DNA from: Anaeromyxobacter sp.
Lineage (GTDB): Bacteria > Myxococcota > Myxococcia > Myxococcales > Anaeromyxobacteraceae
Assembly: GCA_049840735.1 (NCBI GenBank)
Contig: JASGJN010000013.1
Coordinates: 32,001 to 96,000 of the forward strand
DNA length: 64,000 bases
Reading direction: 5' to 3'
This document shows, one piece after another, positions 20,455 through 31,597 of this stretch. The notes below the pieces were generated by a model. The model ran no database searches. It was not told where the DNA came from and saw nothing but the letters and a program-made list of their open reading frames with translations. The first letter of the stretch is position 1. Each line of letters starts with the position of its first letter. Both the position numbers and the translations under genes were made by a program.

Positions 20455-22098
20455 ATGTTCACGACCGGCAACGTCCTCAGCTGGGCCACCTTCGCGCCGC
20501 TCCTCGGCGCGGCCCTGATCGTGGTCCTCCTCGCGCTCCGCTCCCTGGCCGGCCTCTCCCGCCAGCGCGTGGACGACCTCTCGCGCGTGCTGGCGCTGGC
20601 CGCCAGCGGCGTCTCGCTGCTGGCCGCGGTGGTGGCCTGGCGGCTCTACGACCCGAGCCAGGGCGCGCCGCCGGTGCAGCTGGTCCAGCACCTCCCCTGG
20701 ATCCCGTCCTTCAACGTCGAGTACTTCGTCGGCGTGGACGGGCTGTCCATCTCGATGGTCCTCCTCTCCGGCCTGATCAGCTTCGTGGCCACGGTCGCCT
20801 CCATGCCCTGGTGGTCCGGGGCCCGCGCCGCCGAGCTGGCCGGGATCCACGACGGCCCGGACGACCCGCACCACCCGAAGCACTTCTCGGTCCGGATGGT
20901 GCCGGGCTACATGGCCCTGCTGCTGCTCCTGCAGACCGGCATGATGGGCACCTTCGTCGCCCTGGACATGTTCCTCTTCTACGTGTTCTGGGAGGTCATG
21001 CTCCTGCCGATGTACTTCCTCATCGGCGTCTGGGGCGGGCCGCGCAAGGAGTACGCGGCCATCAAGTTCTTCCTCTACACGCTGGCCGGCTCGGTGCTGA
21101 TGCTGCTGGCCATCATCGGCATCTACTACAACAGCCTCCCGGCGCCGCTGGCCACCGGCGAGCTCTCCGCCGGCCACACCTTCAACCTGATCGAGCTGGC
21201 GCGGCAGGGCGCGGCCGGGCAGTTCGCCCACGCCCCGGCGGTGCTCGGCTTCGACTTCGCCAAGCTGGCCTTCGTCGGGCTCTTCATCGGGTTCGCCATC
21301 AAGATCCCGATGTTCCCCTTCCACACCTGGCTGCCCGACGCGCACGTCGAGGCCCCCACGCCCATCTCGGTGATCCTGGCCGGCGTGCTGCTCAAGATGG
21401 GCGCGTACGGCATCCTGCGCTTCAACTTCGGGATCCTCCCCGAGGCCACCCTCTGGGCGGCCGACGCCATGGCCGCCTTCGGCGTGATCAACGTCGTCTA
21501 CGCCGCCTTCGTCTGCCTGGCGCAGAAGGACCTCAAGCGGCTCATCGCCTACTCGTCGGTCTCGCACATGGGCTTCACGCTGCTGGGCATGGCGGCCATG
21601 ACGCCGGCCGGCATCTCCGGCGCGGTGCTCAACCTCTTCACCCACGGCCTGATCAGCCCCATGCTCTTCCTCATCGTGGGCGTGATCTACGACCGCGCCC
21701 ACCACCGCGAGATCGAGCGGTTCGGCGGCCTGGCCAGCGCGCTCCCCGAGTACTCGGCGGTGATGGGGCTGGCCTTCTTCGCCTCGCTGGGGCTGCCCGG
21801 GCTGGCCGGCTTCGTCTCGGAGTTCATGGTCTTCACCGGCAGCTTCCCACGCTACACCCTCTTCACGGTCCTCGCCGCGACCAGCGTGGTCATCACGGCC
21901 GCCTACTACCTGTGGGCCATCCACCGGATGTTCCTGGGCAAGCTCAACCCCGCCTACGCCGGCTACCCGGACCTCTCCTGGCGCGAGCGGCTCACGCTCT
22001 ACCCGCTGGGCGCCGGCGTGATCCTGCTGGGCGTCTACCCGCAGGCCATCCTGGACGTCATCAACCGCTCGCTCCACGCGCTCCCCGGGATCCACTGA
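20455..22098 (+). CDS. nuoM: NADH-quinone oxidoreductase subunit M
   Basis: FYVFWE, HTWLPDAHVEAP, AYSSVSHMG. Confidence 0.96.
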   Translation: MFTTGNVLSWATFAPLLGAALIVVLLALRSLAGLSRQRVDDLSRVLALAASGVSLLAAVVAWRLYDPSQGAPPVQLVQHLPWIPSFNVEYFVGVDGLSISMVLLSGLISFVATVASMPWWSGARAAELAGIHDGPDDPHHPKHFSVRMVPGYMALLLLLQTGMMGTFVALDMFLFYVFWEVMLLPMYFLIGVWGGPRKEYAAIKFFLYTLAGSVLMLLAIIGIYYNSLPAPLATGELSAGHTFNLIELARQGAAGQFAHAPAVLGFDFAKLAFVGLFIGFAIKIPMFPFHTWLPDAHVEAPTPISVILAGVLLKMGAYGILRFNFGILPEATLWAADAMAAFGVINVVYAAFVCLAQKDLKRLIAYSSVSHMGFTLLGMAAMTPAGISGAVLNLFTHGLISPMLFLIVGVIYDRAHHREIERFGGLASALPEYSAVMGLAFFASLGLPGLAGFVSEFMVFTGSFPRYTLFTVLAATSVVITAAYYLWAIHRMFLGKLNPAYAGYPDLSWRERLTLYPLGAGVILLGVYPQAILDVINRSLHALPGIH

Positions 22099-22101
22099 GC
22101 C

Positions 22102-23655
22102 ATGGACCTCCAACCGCTCGTCCAGGACAACCTGGCCTCGCTGCCGCGCTTCCTCCCGGAGCTCTGGCTGGGGCTGGGCACCCTGGCGCTGTTCCTGCTG
22201 GACGTGATCTGGCGGAGGGCCTCGCCGGCGGCGCGCGTGGCGCGCCTCTCGGTGGCCACGCTGCTGGTGCTGGCCGCGGCCGGCGCGCTGCTGGCCCTGG
22301 CGCCGGTCGCGCCCGGCCCGCTCTTCAACGGCATGCTGGCCACCGACGCCTTCGCCACCTTCTTCAAGTGGCTGTTCCTGGCGGCCGGCGCGGTCACGGT
22401 GCTGCTGGCCGGCGGCGGGCGCGAGGTCACCTCGGCGCGCATCGGCCAGTTCCACGGCCTGCTGGTGGCGGTGGTGCTGGGCATGTTCCTGATGGCCGGC
22501 GCCAGCGACCTGCTCATGATGTACCTGGCCATCGAGCTGGTCTCGATGACCAGCTATGCGCTGGCCGGCTTCCGCAAGGGCGACCGGCGCGCCGCCGAGG
22601 CCTCGCTCAAGTACGTCATCTACGGCGGCGTCGCCTCCGGCGTGATGCTGTTCGGGATGAGCTACCTCTACGGCCTCACCGGCACCTTCTCCTTCGCGGA
22701 GCTGGGGCCGCGGCTGCTGGCGGTGCAGGCGGCGGGGCTGCCCCTGGCGGCCACGCGCGTGGCGCTGGTGGTGGGGCTGGTCTTCGTGGCGGCGGGCATC
22801 GCCTACAAGGTGGCGGCGGTCCCCTTCCACATGTGGTGCCCGGACGTCTACGAGGGCGCCCCCACCCCGTTCACCGCCTTCCTCTCGGTGGGCCCCAAGG
22901 CGGCCGGCTTCGCGCTGGCGCTGCGCTTCTTCCTCTCCGCCTTCGCGCAGGTGGACCCCTCCACCGGCGCGCTGGCGGCGCTGGGCGGCATCCCCTGGCC
23001 GGCCGTGCTGGGCGTCCTGGCGGCCGTCACCATGACGCTCGGGAACCTGACCGCGCTCTCCCAGACCAACCTGAAGCGCCTGCTGGCGTACTCGTCCATC
23101 GCGCACGCCGGCTACGCGCTGATGGGCCTCTCGGCGGTCTCCACCGCCGGGGCGCACGCCGTGATGCTCTACCTGGCCGTCTACCTGGTGATGAACCTGG
23201 GCGCGTTCGCGGTGGTGATCGGCGTGGCCGACGCCACCGGCTCCGAGTCCATCCTCGACTACCAGGGGCTCTCGCGGCGCCAGCCGCTGGCGGCGCTGAC
23301 CTTCGTGGTCTTCCTGCTCTCGCTGACCGGCCTGCCCCCCTTCGCCGGCTTCATCGGCAAGTGGTACCTGTTCACCGCCGTCTGGGAGCGCACCGGCGGC
23401 CCGGGCGGCGGCTGGTACGCGGCCCTGCTGCTGGTGGCGGCGGTCAACACCGCCATCTCGCTCGGCTACTACGCGCGGGTCATCCGGGCCATGTTCCTGG
23501 ACCCGCCGCACGCGGCGGAGGCCGGGCGGCTGCGCTGGCCGGTGGGCCAGCAGCTGCTGCTGGGGGCCTGTGCACTGCTGGTGATCTGGGCCGGCGTGGT
23601 GCCGCAGCCGGTGATCGCCTGGACCCTGGCCTCGGTGAGCATGTTCCGGGGATAG
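22102..23655 (+). CDS. nuoN: NADH-quinone oxidoreductase subunit N
   Basis: EASLKY, PFHMWCPDVYEGAP, KRLLAYSSIAHAG. Confidence 0.96.
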   Translation: MDLQPLVQDNLASLPRFLPELWLGLGTLALFLLDVIWRRASPAARVARLSVATLLVLAAAGALLALAPVAPGPLFNGMLATDAFATFFKWLFLAAGAVTVLLAGGGREVTSARIGQFHGLLVAVVLGMFLMAGASDLLMMYLAIELVSMTSYALAGFRKGDRRAAEASLKYVIYGGVASGVMLFGMSYLYGLTGTFSFAELGPRLLAVQAAGLPLAATRVALVVGLVFVAAGIAYKVAAVPFHMWCPDVYEGAPTPFTAFLSVGPKAAGFALALRFFLSAFAQVDPSTGALAALGGIPWPAVLGVLAAVTMTLGNLTALSQTNLKRLLAYSSIAHAGYALMGLSAVSTAGAHAVMLYLAVYLVMNLGAFAVVIGVADATGSESILDYQGLSRRQPLAALTFVVFLLSLTGLPPFAGFIGKWYLFTAVWERTGGPGGGWYAALLLVAAVNTAISLGYYARVIRAMFLDPPHAAEAGRLRWPVGQQLLLGACALLVIWAGVVPQPVIAWTLASVSMFRG

Positions 23656-23868
23656 GCGCGCGGTCCGATCCGGCGCCGGCCACCCGGCGAGCCGGCGCGG
23701 ATCCGCCAGCGGCGGGCCACATCCGACCACAGGGGTTTCCCCGTAGCGGGCTCGCTGGACGCGCAGCCACGCCGCAGCCCGTTTCCTTGCGGGAGCGCCG
23801 GCCGGCATGCTACCGGCACGGGTAACACCGGCCGTGTCACCGCGGCCGAATGCTCCGGGGGGAAGCCC

Positions 23869-25764
23869 ATGCGCCGCGCCGTCACTGCCCTGTCCCTGTG
23901 CCTTGCCGCGGCCCTCGTCGCGGCCGGCTGCGGGAGCTCCGACTCGAGCTCGCCCAGCTGCGGAGCCTCCGGCGGAGCGTGCTGCGAGGGATCGGTCTGC
24001 AACACCGGCCTCACCTGCAACGCGGGCACCTGCGAGCCGGACCCGGCGGCCTGCGGCCGGCTCGGGGCCGCCTGCTGCGCGACCGCCCCGGCCTGCGCGA
24101 ACGGGGTGGTCTGCCACGCCGGGGTGTGCGGCGGGGGCAGCACCGAGCCGGACACCACCGTCACGCGGTCGGTCTGTGGCACCGGCGCCACCCTGGAGAT
24201 CGCCGGCGCGACGCTGACCATCCCGGCCGGCGCCCTCACCGCCTGCAGGCAGATCACCTTCTCGAGGAGCGTCCTCTCGCCCGGCGGCTACACGCTCTAC
24301 TCCCCGGTGATCGAGGTCTCGCCGGCGACGCTCACCTTCGCGACCCCGGCCACGGTCTCGATCGACTACGTGGCCTCGTCGCAGTCGGCGGCGCTGTTCT
24401 GGTCCCGCAGCGACACCACCGGCTACCTGCCGGTGAACGGGGTCGACGGCGGCACGGCGCTCTCGGGTCCATCAGCCGGGGCGGGTCGGGCTTCGTCGCC
24501 GACGTGCTCGACGTGCAGGAGGAGCCGGACCGGAGCTGCGTGGTCGGCAAGCTGCTGCAGGGCCGCACGCAGGCCGGGTCCTCCACCGTGGCCCTCTTCT
24601 TCTCCTTCGACGACTGCTGGGGCCGCCCGCTGACCGGGCTGCAGGACTCGGACTTCCAGGTGCTGGAGAACGGCTCCCCCATCAGCCCTGCCGAGGCCTC
24701 CGCCACCATCCTGCAGCGCAACGGCGTGCAGGTCTTCGCCTCGCTCGTGATCGACGTCTCCGCCTCGACCCAGCCGCTGCTGCCGCAGGTGATCGAGGGG
24801 GCCAAGGCCTTCGTGACCAGCCTGCAGGTGACGAAGCAGCTCCCGGTCCAGAATCTCCATCCAGCTCTTCGCCGGCGAGGCGGCGCTGACGGAGTGGCAG
24901 GCCCCCACCCTGGACACCGCCAGGCTCCTCGGCAAGCTCGACCAGCTCCCGCTGTACACCCCCGCCGACCGGTCCTCCACCAACCTCAACGGCGCGGTGG
25001 TGACCTCGCTGACGCGCCTCCGCGGGGCCCAGTCCACGTTCATCGCCCGCAACCACGGCGGCGCGTTCACGACCGGCTACGTGGTGCTGTTCACGGACGG
25101 CAGCGACACGGCCGCCCGCGTGAGCGCCGCGGACGCCACCTCGGCCGAGGACGATGGGCCGGAGCAGGTCATCGCGGTCGGGCTCAAGAGCGCGGAGTAC
25201 GACGGCGAGGCCCTGGCCAAGCTCGCGCCCTACGGCGTCATCACCGCGTCCGACTCGACGCAGCTCGCGGCGGCGTTCACGGCGCTGACCGACCGCATCG
25301 AGGGACAGGTCAGCCGCTCCTACCTCCTGGGCTACTGCTCCCCCAAGCGCGCCGGCACCGCGCACGAGGTCACGGTGGAGATCCTGGGGGCGGACAACCA
25401 GGCCAGCCCTGCGTACGAGTTCGACGCCTCGGCGTTCACGCCCGGCTGCTCCACCGCGAGCTTCGCCACCCTGTGCGATGGCATGGCCTGCGGCGGCCTG
25501 GGCTGCGGCGCCTGCGACGACCGGCAGGCGGCGTGTGACCCGGCCACCTGGACCTGCGCCGACTACTGCATGACCGCGCAGCACTGCGACGGCTCCACCT
25601 ACACGAACCCGCTGGGCTACAGCCAGGTCTGCACGGAGGGCGCGTCCAACTCCAGCTGCGGCGGCGCCTGCGTGGACACGCGGGTCAATCCGGACAACTG
25701 CGGGACCTGCGGGCACGCCTGCGCCACCGGGCAGCGCTGCGCCTCCAGCGCCTGCGTGAACTGA
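23869..25764 (+). CDS. Cys-rich VWA-domain lipoprotein (two apparent frameshifts near 24467 and 24852)
   Basis: Lipobox LVAAGC, Cys-rich repeats, MIDAS DVSAS and FTDG, C-terminal CGGACVD...NCGTCGHAC repeat. Pieces join across three ORF-track entries. Confidence 0.75.
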
Positions 25765-25780
25765 CGCCGGTCAGGCCGGT

Positions 25781-25841
25781 GCCCGCCCCACGGGGCGGGC
25801 GTGGCGTTCCAGGGGCCCCGGCCGGCGACGGCCGGGGCCTT
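25781..25841 (+). terminator. GC hairpins downstream of the VWA gene
   Basis: GCCCGCCCC / GGGGCGGGC and GGCCCCGGCCG / CGGCCGGGGCC followed by TT. Confidence 0.45.
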
Positions 25842-25943
25842 CCTGTCCCGGAGGGCCCGAGGCGCCCTCGACGGGCGATTCGGGTTGTGGCCGGGCGCTG
25901 CGGCGCCGTACCATCCGTCCACACCTCCGGAGGGGATGCCATC

Positions 25944-27251
25944 ATGATCTCGTCGTCCGCGCTCGCCGCCACCACCGCCCTGCTCCTCGGACTCCAGCCG
26001 CCCGGAGGCTGGGTGGACGTGCTGAAGGACGCCGCCCGGCAGGAGCGCGACGAGGCCATCCAGGAGGGCACCGACGCGGCCGCCGACGCCGCCAAGGACA
26101 CCGCCCGCGACGCCGCCTCCGGCAAGAACAAGAAGAAGGCGAAGAAGGCCCCCGCGGCCGAGCCGGCCGAGGACGCGGAGGAGGCGGCCCCCGCCGAGGA
26201 GGCCGAGGCGGCCCCGGCGCCGGCCAAGGCCGGCAAGCCCGCCAAGGCCGCCGCGCCGGCGGGCCAGGACGCGGGCGAGCTGTACGGCAACACCTTCGAC
26301 TTCGTCCCCGGCGACCGGGTCCTCTTCTTCGACGACTTCGGCGAGACCGACGTCGGCGATTACCCGGTCCGCTGGACCATCAAGGACGAGGGCGGCGGCG
26401 CGCCCGCCGAGGTGGTGGAGGCCAAGGGGCGCCGCTTCTTCCGGACCGTCCAGCCGGAGGAGTCGCTGGACGACTCGATCCACTGGGTCCGCATGGACCT
26501 CAAGGACAAGGACCTCCCGCAGAAGTTCACCCTCGAGCTCGACGCCGACCTGGGCGGCGGCCTGTGCCTGATGTTCAGCGCGGCCAGCAACTGGGGCGGC
26601 CAGGAGATCTGCCTGCGCGGCGACGGCGAGGTGCGCTCGGCCAACGTCGAGCAGCGCGTGAAGCCGTTCGGCCCCGGCCTGCGCCACGTCTCGGTCTCGG
26701 TCAACGGCACCTACGCCAAGGTCTACGTGGGCGGCGCCCGCGTGCTGGCCGATCCGGACGCCATCACCCGCCCCGTGTCGCGGATCGGCTACCGCTTCTA
26801 CGCCTTCTGGGCGGCCGGCTCGGACTACGAGGAGGGCGTGCGCGCGCACCTGCTCTTCACCAACTTCCGGCTGGCCGAGGGCGGCAAGGACTACAACAAG
26901 GAGCTCACGTCGGTGGGGCGCATCGTCACCCACGGCATCACCTTCGACACCGGCTCGGACGCCATCAAGCCCGAGTCCGGCCCGGCGCTGCGCGGCATCC
27001 TCAAGCTCCTGCAGGACCAGCCGGCGCTGCGCTTCGAGGTGGGCGGCCACACCGACAACCAGGGCGCCGCCAAGGTGAACGGCCCGCTCTCGGAGAAGCG
27101 CGCCGCGGCGGTGAAGGCCTGGCTCGTCGCCCAGGGCGTGGACGCGAAGCGGCTCACGGCCAAGGGGTTCGGCGACTCGAAGCCGCTCGAGCCGAACGCC
27201 ACGCCCGAGGGGCGCGCCATGAACCGGCGGGTGGAGTTCGTGAAGATTCAG
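25944..27251 (+). CDS. OmpA-family peptidoglycan-binding exported protein (stop inferred)
   Basis: GGAGG RBS, FDTGS, GHTD, LSEKRA, NRRVE. Read-through at 27246-27251 (ATTCAG) is probably ATCTAG. Confidence 0.85.
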
Positions 27252-27258
27252 GGATCAG

Positions 27259-27280
27259 GGGGAGGCCTCCGGGCCTCCCC
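27259..27280. terminator. Hairpin between convergent genes
   Basis: GGGGAGGCC-TCCG-GGCCTCCCC. Confidence 0.6.
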
Positions 27281-27282
27281 CG

Positions 27283-28113
27283 CTACGGCCGCCGCTTCTC
27301 GAGCTGCTCGAACAGCTCCGGATCCATCGAGACGTCGCCGAGGTGGCGGTTGGGGGCCACCACCTCGCCGTGGAAGTCCGAGCCGGCGGTGGGCACCAGG
27401 TCCAGCGCCTCGGCGATGCGCAGGAACTTCTCGCGCACCGACGGGTTGTGGTCGGTGTGGTGCACCTCCACGCCCTCGATCCCGGCCGCCTTGAGCCGCT
27501 CCAGGTCGTAGCGCTCCAGCTTGGAGACGCCCGGGTGCGCCACCGTGGTGGTGCCGCCGGCCCCCTTCACCAGCGCCACCGCGTCCGCCGCCTCCAGCCG
27601 GAAGCGCTGCACGTAGGCCGGCTTCCCCTCCCCCAGGAACCGGTCGAAGGCCTCCTTCACCGAGGCCACCGCGCCGGTGTCCAGGATGGCCCGGGCCACG
27701 TGCGGCCGGCCGATGGTCTTGCCCCCGCTGTGCTTCTCGATGTCCTCCTCCCGGATCGGCACGCCCACCGCGGCCAGCTTCTCCACGATGAGGTGCATGC
27801 GCTCGCGGCGGCGGTCGGCCAGGAAGTCCTCGAACCGCTTGAGCTCCGGGTGCTCGGGATCCACGAAGTGGCCCAGCAGGTGGATCTCGCGCCTGTCCAG
27901 GAAGGCGGAGAGCTCGATCCCCGGCACCAGCCGCACGCCGAGCGGGCGAGCGGCTGCCTCCGCTGCGGCCAGCCCGGCCACGGTGTCGTGGTCGGAGAGG
28001 GCCCACACGTGGAGCCCGGCCTCGGCCGCGCGCCGGGCCACCTCCTCCGGCGCGTACTGGCCGTCGGAGGCGCGGCTGTGGGAGTGCAGGTCGATGCGGG
28101 GGGCGTTCACCAT
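27283..28113 (-). CDS. PHP-domain phosphoesterase (YciV/TrpH family)
   Basis: DLHSHS.ASDG, SDHD, GIELS, AHP, GSDFHG. Confidence 0.92.
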   Translation of the reverse strand: MVNAPRIDLHSHSRASDGQYAPEEVARRAAEAGLHVWALSDHDTVAGLAAAEAAARPLGVRLVPGIELSAFLDRREIHLLGHFVDPEHPELKRFEDFLADRRRERMHLIVEKLAAVGVPIREEDIEKHSGGKTIGRPHVARAILDTGAVASVKEAFDRFLGEGKPAYVQRFRLEAADAVALVKGAGGTTTVAHPGVSKLERYDLERLKAAGIEGVEVHHTDHNPSVREKFLRIAEALDLVPTAGSDFHGEVVAPNRHLGDVSMDPELFEQLEKRRP

Positions 28114-28201
28114 GAAATCGGGGCCTCGGGCGTGTTAAGAAGTGTGCCGGACCTCGAGCGTGGCGCGCCCGTCCGGCCGGGCGGCGCGCCAAGGATCTCC
28201 C

Positions 28202-28660
28202 ATGCAGCACGTACTGCGGATCTCGCGAAAGATCGACTACGGGCTGCGGGCCATGATCTACCTCGCCTCGATCCCCCGCGACGCGGTCGTCCCCTTCCGG
28301 GAGATCGGGCGGCAGATGGACGTCCCCGAGGACTTCCTGGCCAAGATCCTGAAGACCCTGGTGGACGCGCAGATGGTCCGCTCCAGCCGCGGCCCCCACG
28401 GCGGCTACGCGCTCTCGCGGCCGGCGGAGGAGATCAGCTTCCTGGACGTGATCGAGGCGGTGGAGGGGCCGGTGGCCCTCAACGTCTGCCTGGACGGGGA
28501 CGACGCCTGCGGCCACTCCACGCAGTGCACCATGGTGTCGGTGTGGCGGCTCGGGCAGGAGCGGATGCTGGACGTCTACCGTCAGGCCAAGCTCTCGGAG
28601 CTGGCGTTCAAGCCCGGGTGCGGCAACCTCGGCCTGGTGCAGCTGCAGGCCCGGGGCTGA
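28202..28660 (+). CDS. Rrf2-family transcriptional regulator
   Basis: DYGLRAM, SSRGPHGGY, three Cys (C-x6-C-x5-C) typical of Fe-S-binding members. Confidence 0.92.
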   Translation: MQHVLRISRKIDYGLRAMIYLASIPRDAVVPFREIGRQMDVPEDFLAKILKTLVDAQMVRSSRGPHGGYALSRPAEEISFLDVIEAVEGPVALNVCLDGDDACGHSTQCTMVSVWRLGQERMLDVYRQAKLSELAFKPGCGNLGLVQLQARG

Positions 28661-28702
28661 AGGGGCTTTGCGGCGGGGCGCGGCTGGTTTAAGTCAGCCC
28701 CC

Positions 28703-29737
28703 ATGTCCTTCGACCCCTCCGCCGCGGCCCAGCCCGGCTCCGGCATCTTCGGCCTCCCGCACTCCGCCACCGAGGCGGCGCTGCTGCTCGTCCCGGTGCC
28801 CTTCGAGGCCACCACCTCGTACGGCGGCGGCACCGCCGGCGGCCCGGAGGCGATCCTCTCCGCCAGCCGGCAGGTGGACCTGTTCGACGTGGAGACCGGC
28901 CGGCCCTACGAGGCCGGCATCCACCAGCTGCCCATCCCGGAGGCGATCGCCGCGCTGGACCGCGCCGCCCGCGCCGCCGCTGCCCCCATCATCGAGGCGG
29001 GCGGCTCCGACGGCAGCCCCGCCCACGCCCGCGCGCTGGCCGAGGTGAACCAGGCCTGCGAGCGGATGAACGCCTGGGTGGAGGCGCAGGTGGAGGAGGG
29101 GCTGGCCCGCGGCCAGGTGGTGGGGCTGGTGGGCGGCGATCACTCCACCGCCCTGGGCAGCCTGGCGGCCCACGCGCGCCGCTACCCGGGGATGGGCGTG
29201 ATCCACGTGGACGCCCACGCCGACCTGCGCGTCGCCTACGAGGGGTTCACCTACAGCCACGCCTCCATCCTCTACAACGCCTGCGAGCGCCTGTCCGGCC
29301 TCTCGCGGCTGGTGCAGGTGGGGCTGCGCGACCTCTCCGAGGAGGAGCACGCCTACGCCGCCGCCTCGCGCGGACGGATCGTCCAGCTCCACGACGCCGA
29401 GCTGGCCCGGGGGCAGCTGGAGGGTGAGCGCTGGTCGGCCCAGGTCGAGCGCATCCTGGCGCCGCTGCCGCAGGACGTCTACGTGACCTTCGACATCGAC
29501 GGCCTCGACCCGGCCCTCTGCCCGCACACCGGGACGCCGGTCCCCGGCGGCCTCTCCTACCAGCAGGCGACCTACCTCGTGGGCGCGGTGGTCCGGAGCG
29601 GCCGGCGCCTGGTCGGCTTCGACCTGGTGGAGGTCGCCCCTTCGCCCGACGGCGGCGAGTGGGACGGCAACGTCGGCGCGCGGCTGCTCTACAAGCTCTG
29701 CGGCTGGGCCCTCCAATCGCGCGCCGCGCGGCGCTGA
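28703..29737 (+). CDS. Agmatinase/arginase-family ureohydrolase
   Basis: GGDHS, DAHAD, SHAS, FDIDGLDP, GFDLVEV. Confidence 0.92.
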   Translation: MSFDPSAAAQPGSGIFGLPHSATEAALLLVPVPFEATTSYGGGTAGGPEAILSASRQVDLFDVETGRPYEAGIHQLPIPEAIAALDRAARAAAAPIIEAGGSDGSPAHARALAEVNQACERMNAWVEAQVEEGLARGQVVGLVGGDHSTALGSLAAHARRYPGMGVIHVDAHADLRVAYEGFTYSHASILYNACERLSGLSRLVQVGLRDLSEEEHAYAAASRGRIVQLHDAELARGQLEGERWSAQVERILAPLPQDVYVTFDIDGLDPALCPHTGTPVPGGLSYQQATYLVGAVVRSGRRLVGFDLVEVAPSPDGGEWDGNVGARLLYKLCGWALQSRAARR

Positions 29738-29764
29738 GCGCGCGGTCGTGGATCGCAACCCTCG

Positions 29765-30886
29765 ATGATCGCTCCCCGGGTTGCGCCTCCGCCGGGGCGG
29801 GATGACCGTTCAGGGGTGAAGAGCTCCCCACGCCTCGACGAGGCCACCCCCCTCACCCCGCGCCAGATCCACGAGCGCCTCTCCCTCCACGTCGTGGGCC
29901 AGGAGCGCGCCAAGCGAGCCCTCTCCGTGGCCGCCTACGCGCACCTCCGCCGGACCGGGCTGCGCCGCGGGCGCCGCGCCGCCGCGCCGCGCAAGGCCAA
30001 CGTGCTGCTGATCGGCCCCACCGGCTGCGGGAAGACGCACCTGGCCCGGAACCTGGCCAGCATCCTGGAGGTGCCGTTCCACGTCGCCGACGCCACCGAG
30101 TTCACCGAGGCCGGGTACTACGGCAAGGACGTGGAGGTGATGATCGCCGAGCTGCTGGTGAAGGCCAACCACTCGGTGGACGAGGCGCAGCGCGGGATCG
30201 TCTTCATCGACGAGGTGGACAAGATCGCCCGGCGCAGCCACGGGCCGCGCAGCGGCTCGGCGCGCGACATCGGCGGCGAGGGGGTGCAGCAGGCCCTGCT
30301 CAAGCTGCTGGAGGGGCGCGAGGTGATGGTGCCGCTCAACCTGCAGCAGCACTGGGCGCGCCAGGACGCGGTCCCGGTGGACACCACCGACATCCTCTTC
30401 ATCTGCGCCGGCACCTTCTCCGACCTGCACGCCTACGCGGCCGAGTCGGCGCGCGGGCTGGGCTTCGGGGCGCGGGACCGGCGCGGCGGGCGGCGGCCGC
30501 TGCGCCACCGCGAGCTCGTCGAGTACGGGATGCTGTCGGAGTTCCTGGGCCGGCTGCCGGTGCTGGTGCAGCTGGACGAGCTGGGGCCGGCCGAGCTGCT
30601 CGAGGTGCTGACCGGCCCGCCGGACGCGGTGGTGCGCGAGGTGCGCGAGCTGCTGGCCGCGGATGGCGTGGAGCTGATCTTCAGCGACGGCGCGCTGCGC
30701 GAGGTGGTCCGCCACGCGCTCGAGCGCTCGGCCGGCGCCCGCGGCCTGCGCGCGGTGGTCGAGGAGGTGGTCTCGGACCTGCTCTTCGAGGCCCCGGAGC
30801 GGCGCGGCACGCGCGTGCTGGTGGACGCCGGCTACGTGCGCAGGCGCCTGGAGCGGCTGGAGGGGCCGACGCTGGAGGGCGGCTGA
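29765..30886 (+). CDS. clpX: ClpX-like AAA+ ATPase lacking the N-terminal zinc-binding domain
   Basis: [35 protein letters not shown] loop, GARGLR. Start uncertain. Confidence 0.85.
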   Translation: MIAPRVAPPPGRDDRSGVKSSPRLDEATPLTPRQIHERLSLHVVGQERAKRALSVAAYAHLRRTGLRRGRRAAAPRKANVLLIGPTGCGKTHLARNLASILEVPFHVADATEFTEAGYYGKDVEVMIAELLVKANHSVDEAQRGIVFIDEVDKIARRSHGPRSGSARDIGGEGVQQALLKLLEGREVMVPLNLQQHWARQDAVPVDTTDILFICAGTFSDLHAYAAESARGLGFGARDRRGGRRPLRHRELVEYGMLSEFLGRLPVLVQLDELGPAELLEVLTGPPDAVVREVRELLAADGVELIFSDGALREVVRHALERSAGARGLRAVVEEVVSDLLFEAPERRGTRVLVDAGYVRRRLERLEGPTLEGG

Positions 30887-30904
30887 GGCGGCGGGGGAGG
30901 CGCC

Positions 30905-31597
30905 TCGAATCCCCGCGGCCGGGTCCTGCTGGAGGGCCTCCACCAGCTGCTTGACCTGGGGATCGGCCAGGAGCGTCGCCGCCTCGGCCGGATCGACCGG
31001 TCCGCCCGCGTCCAGCCCCTGGAGCCGTGGATCGGCCAGCAGCCGGGCGGCCGCCTCCGCCTCCGGCCCGCCGCGGCGGCGGAGCTCGCGGGCGGTCTGG
31101 AGCGCCCGCATCACCTGCTCGGCCTTGGCCGGGTCGAGCCGCACCAGGAGGTTGTGGGCCTGCGCCAGGCGGGCGAAGTCGCTGCCGCGCGGATCGAGCA
31201 CCCCGCCCTCCGCCCCGGCGCCGACCAGCGCCAGCGCGGAGAGGAAGATCCAGGCCGCCAGCGCGCCCTTGGCGCCGCCCAGGAGCGCGCCCACGCCGCG
31301 ATCGGCGGGGCCCTGCGCGCCGCCCCTGAGCCGGCTCCGGAGCAGCGCGCCCGCCACCAGCGAGACCAGCGCCCAGGTGCCCACGAACAGCAGGCCGGCC
31401 GCGGCCGGCCGGGCCAGCAGGCCGGGGAGCCAGCGGTGCAGCCCGACCGCCACCGGGTCCACCAGGTGGCGCGCGGCGAGCCCGGCCAGCACCACCGCGC
31501 CCAGCCCCGCCAGCTGGCGCAGCGCGCCGCCCAGCGCGCCGTGGACGGCGGTGACGAGCAGCAGCGCGAGGACGAGGAGGTCGAGGGACACGGTCAC
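30905..31597 (-). CDS. cvpA: CvpA-family membrane protein (stop inferred)
   Basis: GTG overlaps the J-domain stop. LDLL..., four TM segments, DRGVGALLG. Stop probably lost at 30905-30907. Confidence 0.75.

Noticed and set aside
12083..23655. Plus-strand operon as a group 4 NiFe hydrogenase
   Set aside because: The large subunit lacks CxxC NiFe ligands and has NuoD quinone-site motifs.
5494..24117. Very long antisense or off-frame ORFs (e.g. 5494-10515, 17698-24117)
   Set aside because: Shadow ORFs expected at very high GC, overlapping well-supported nuo genes.
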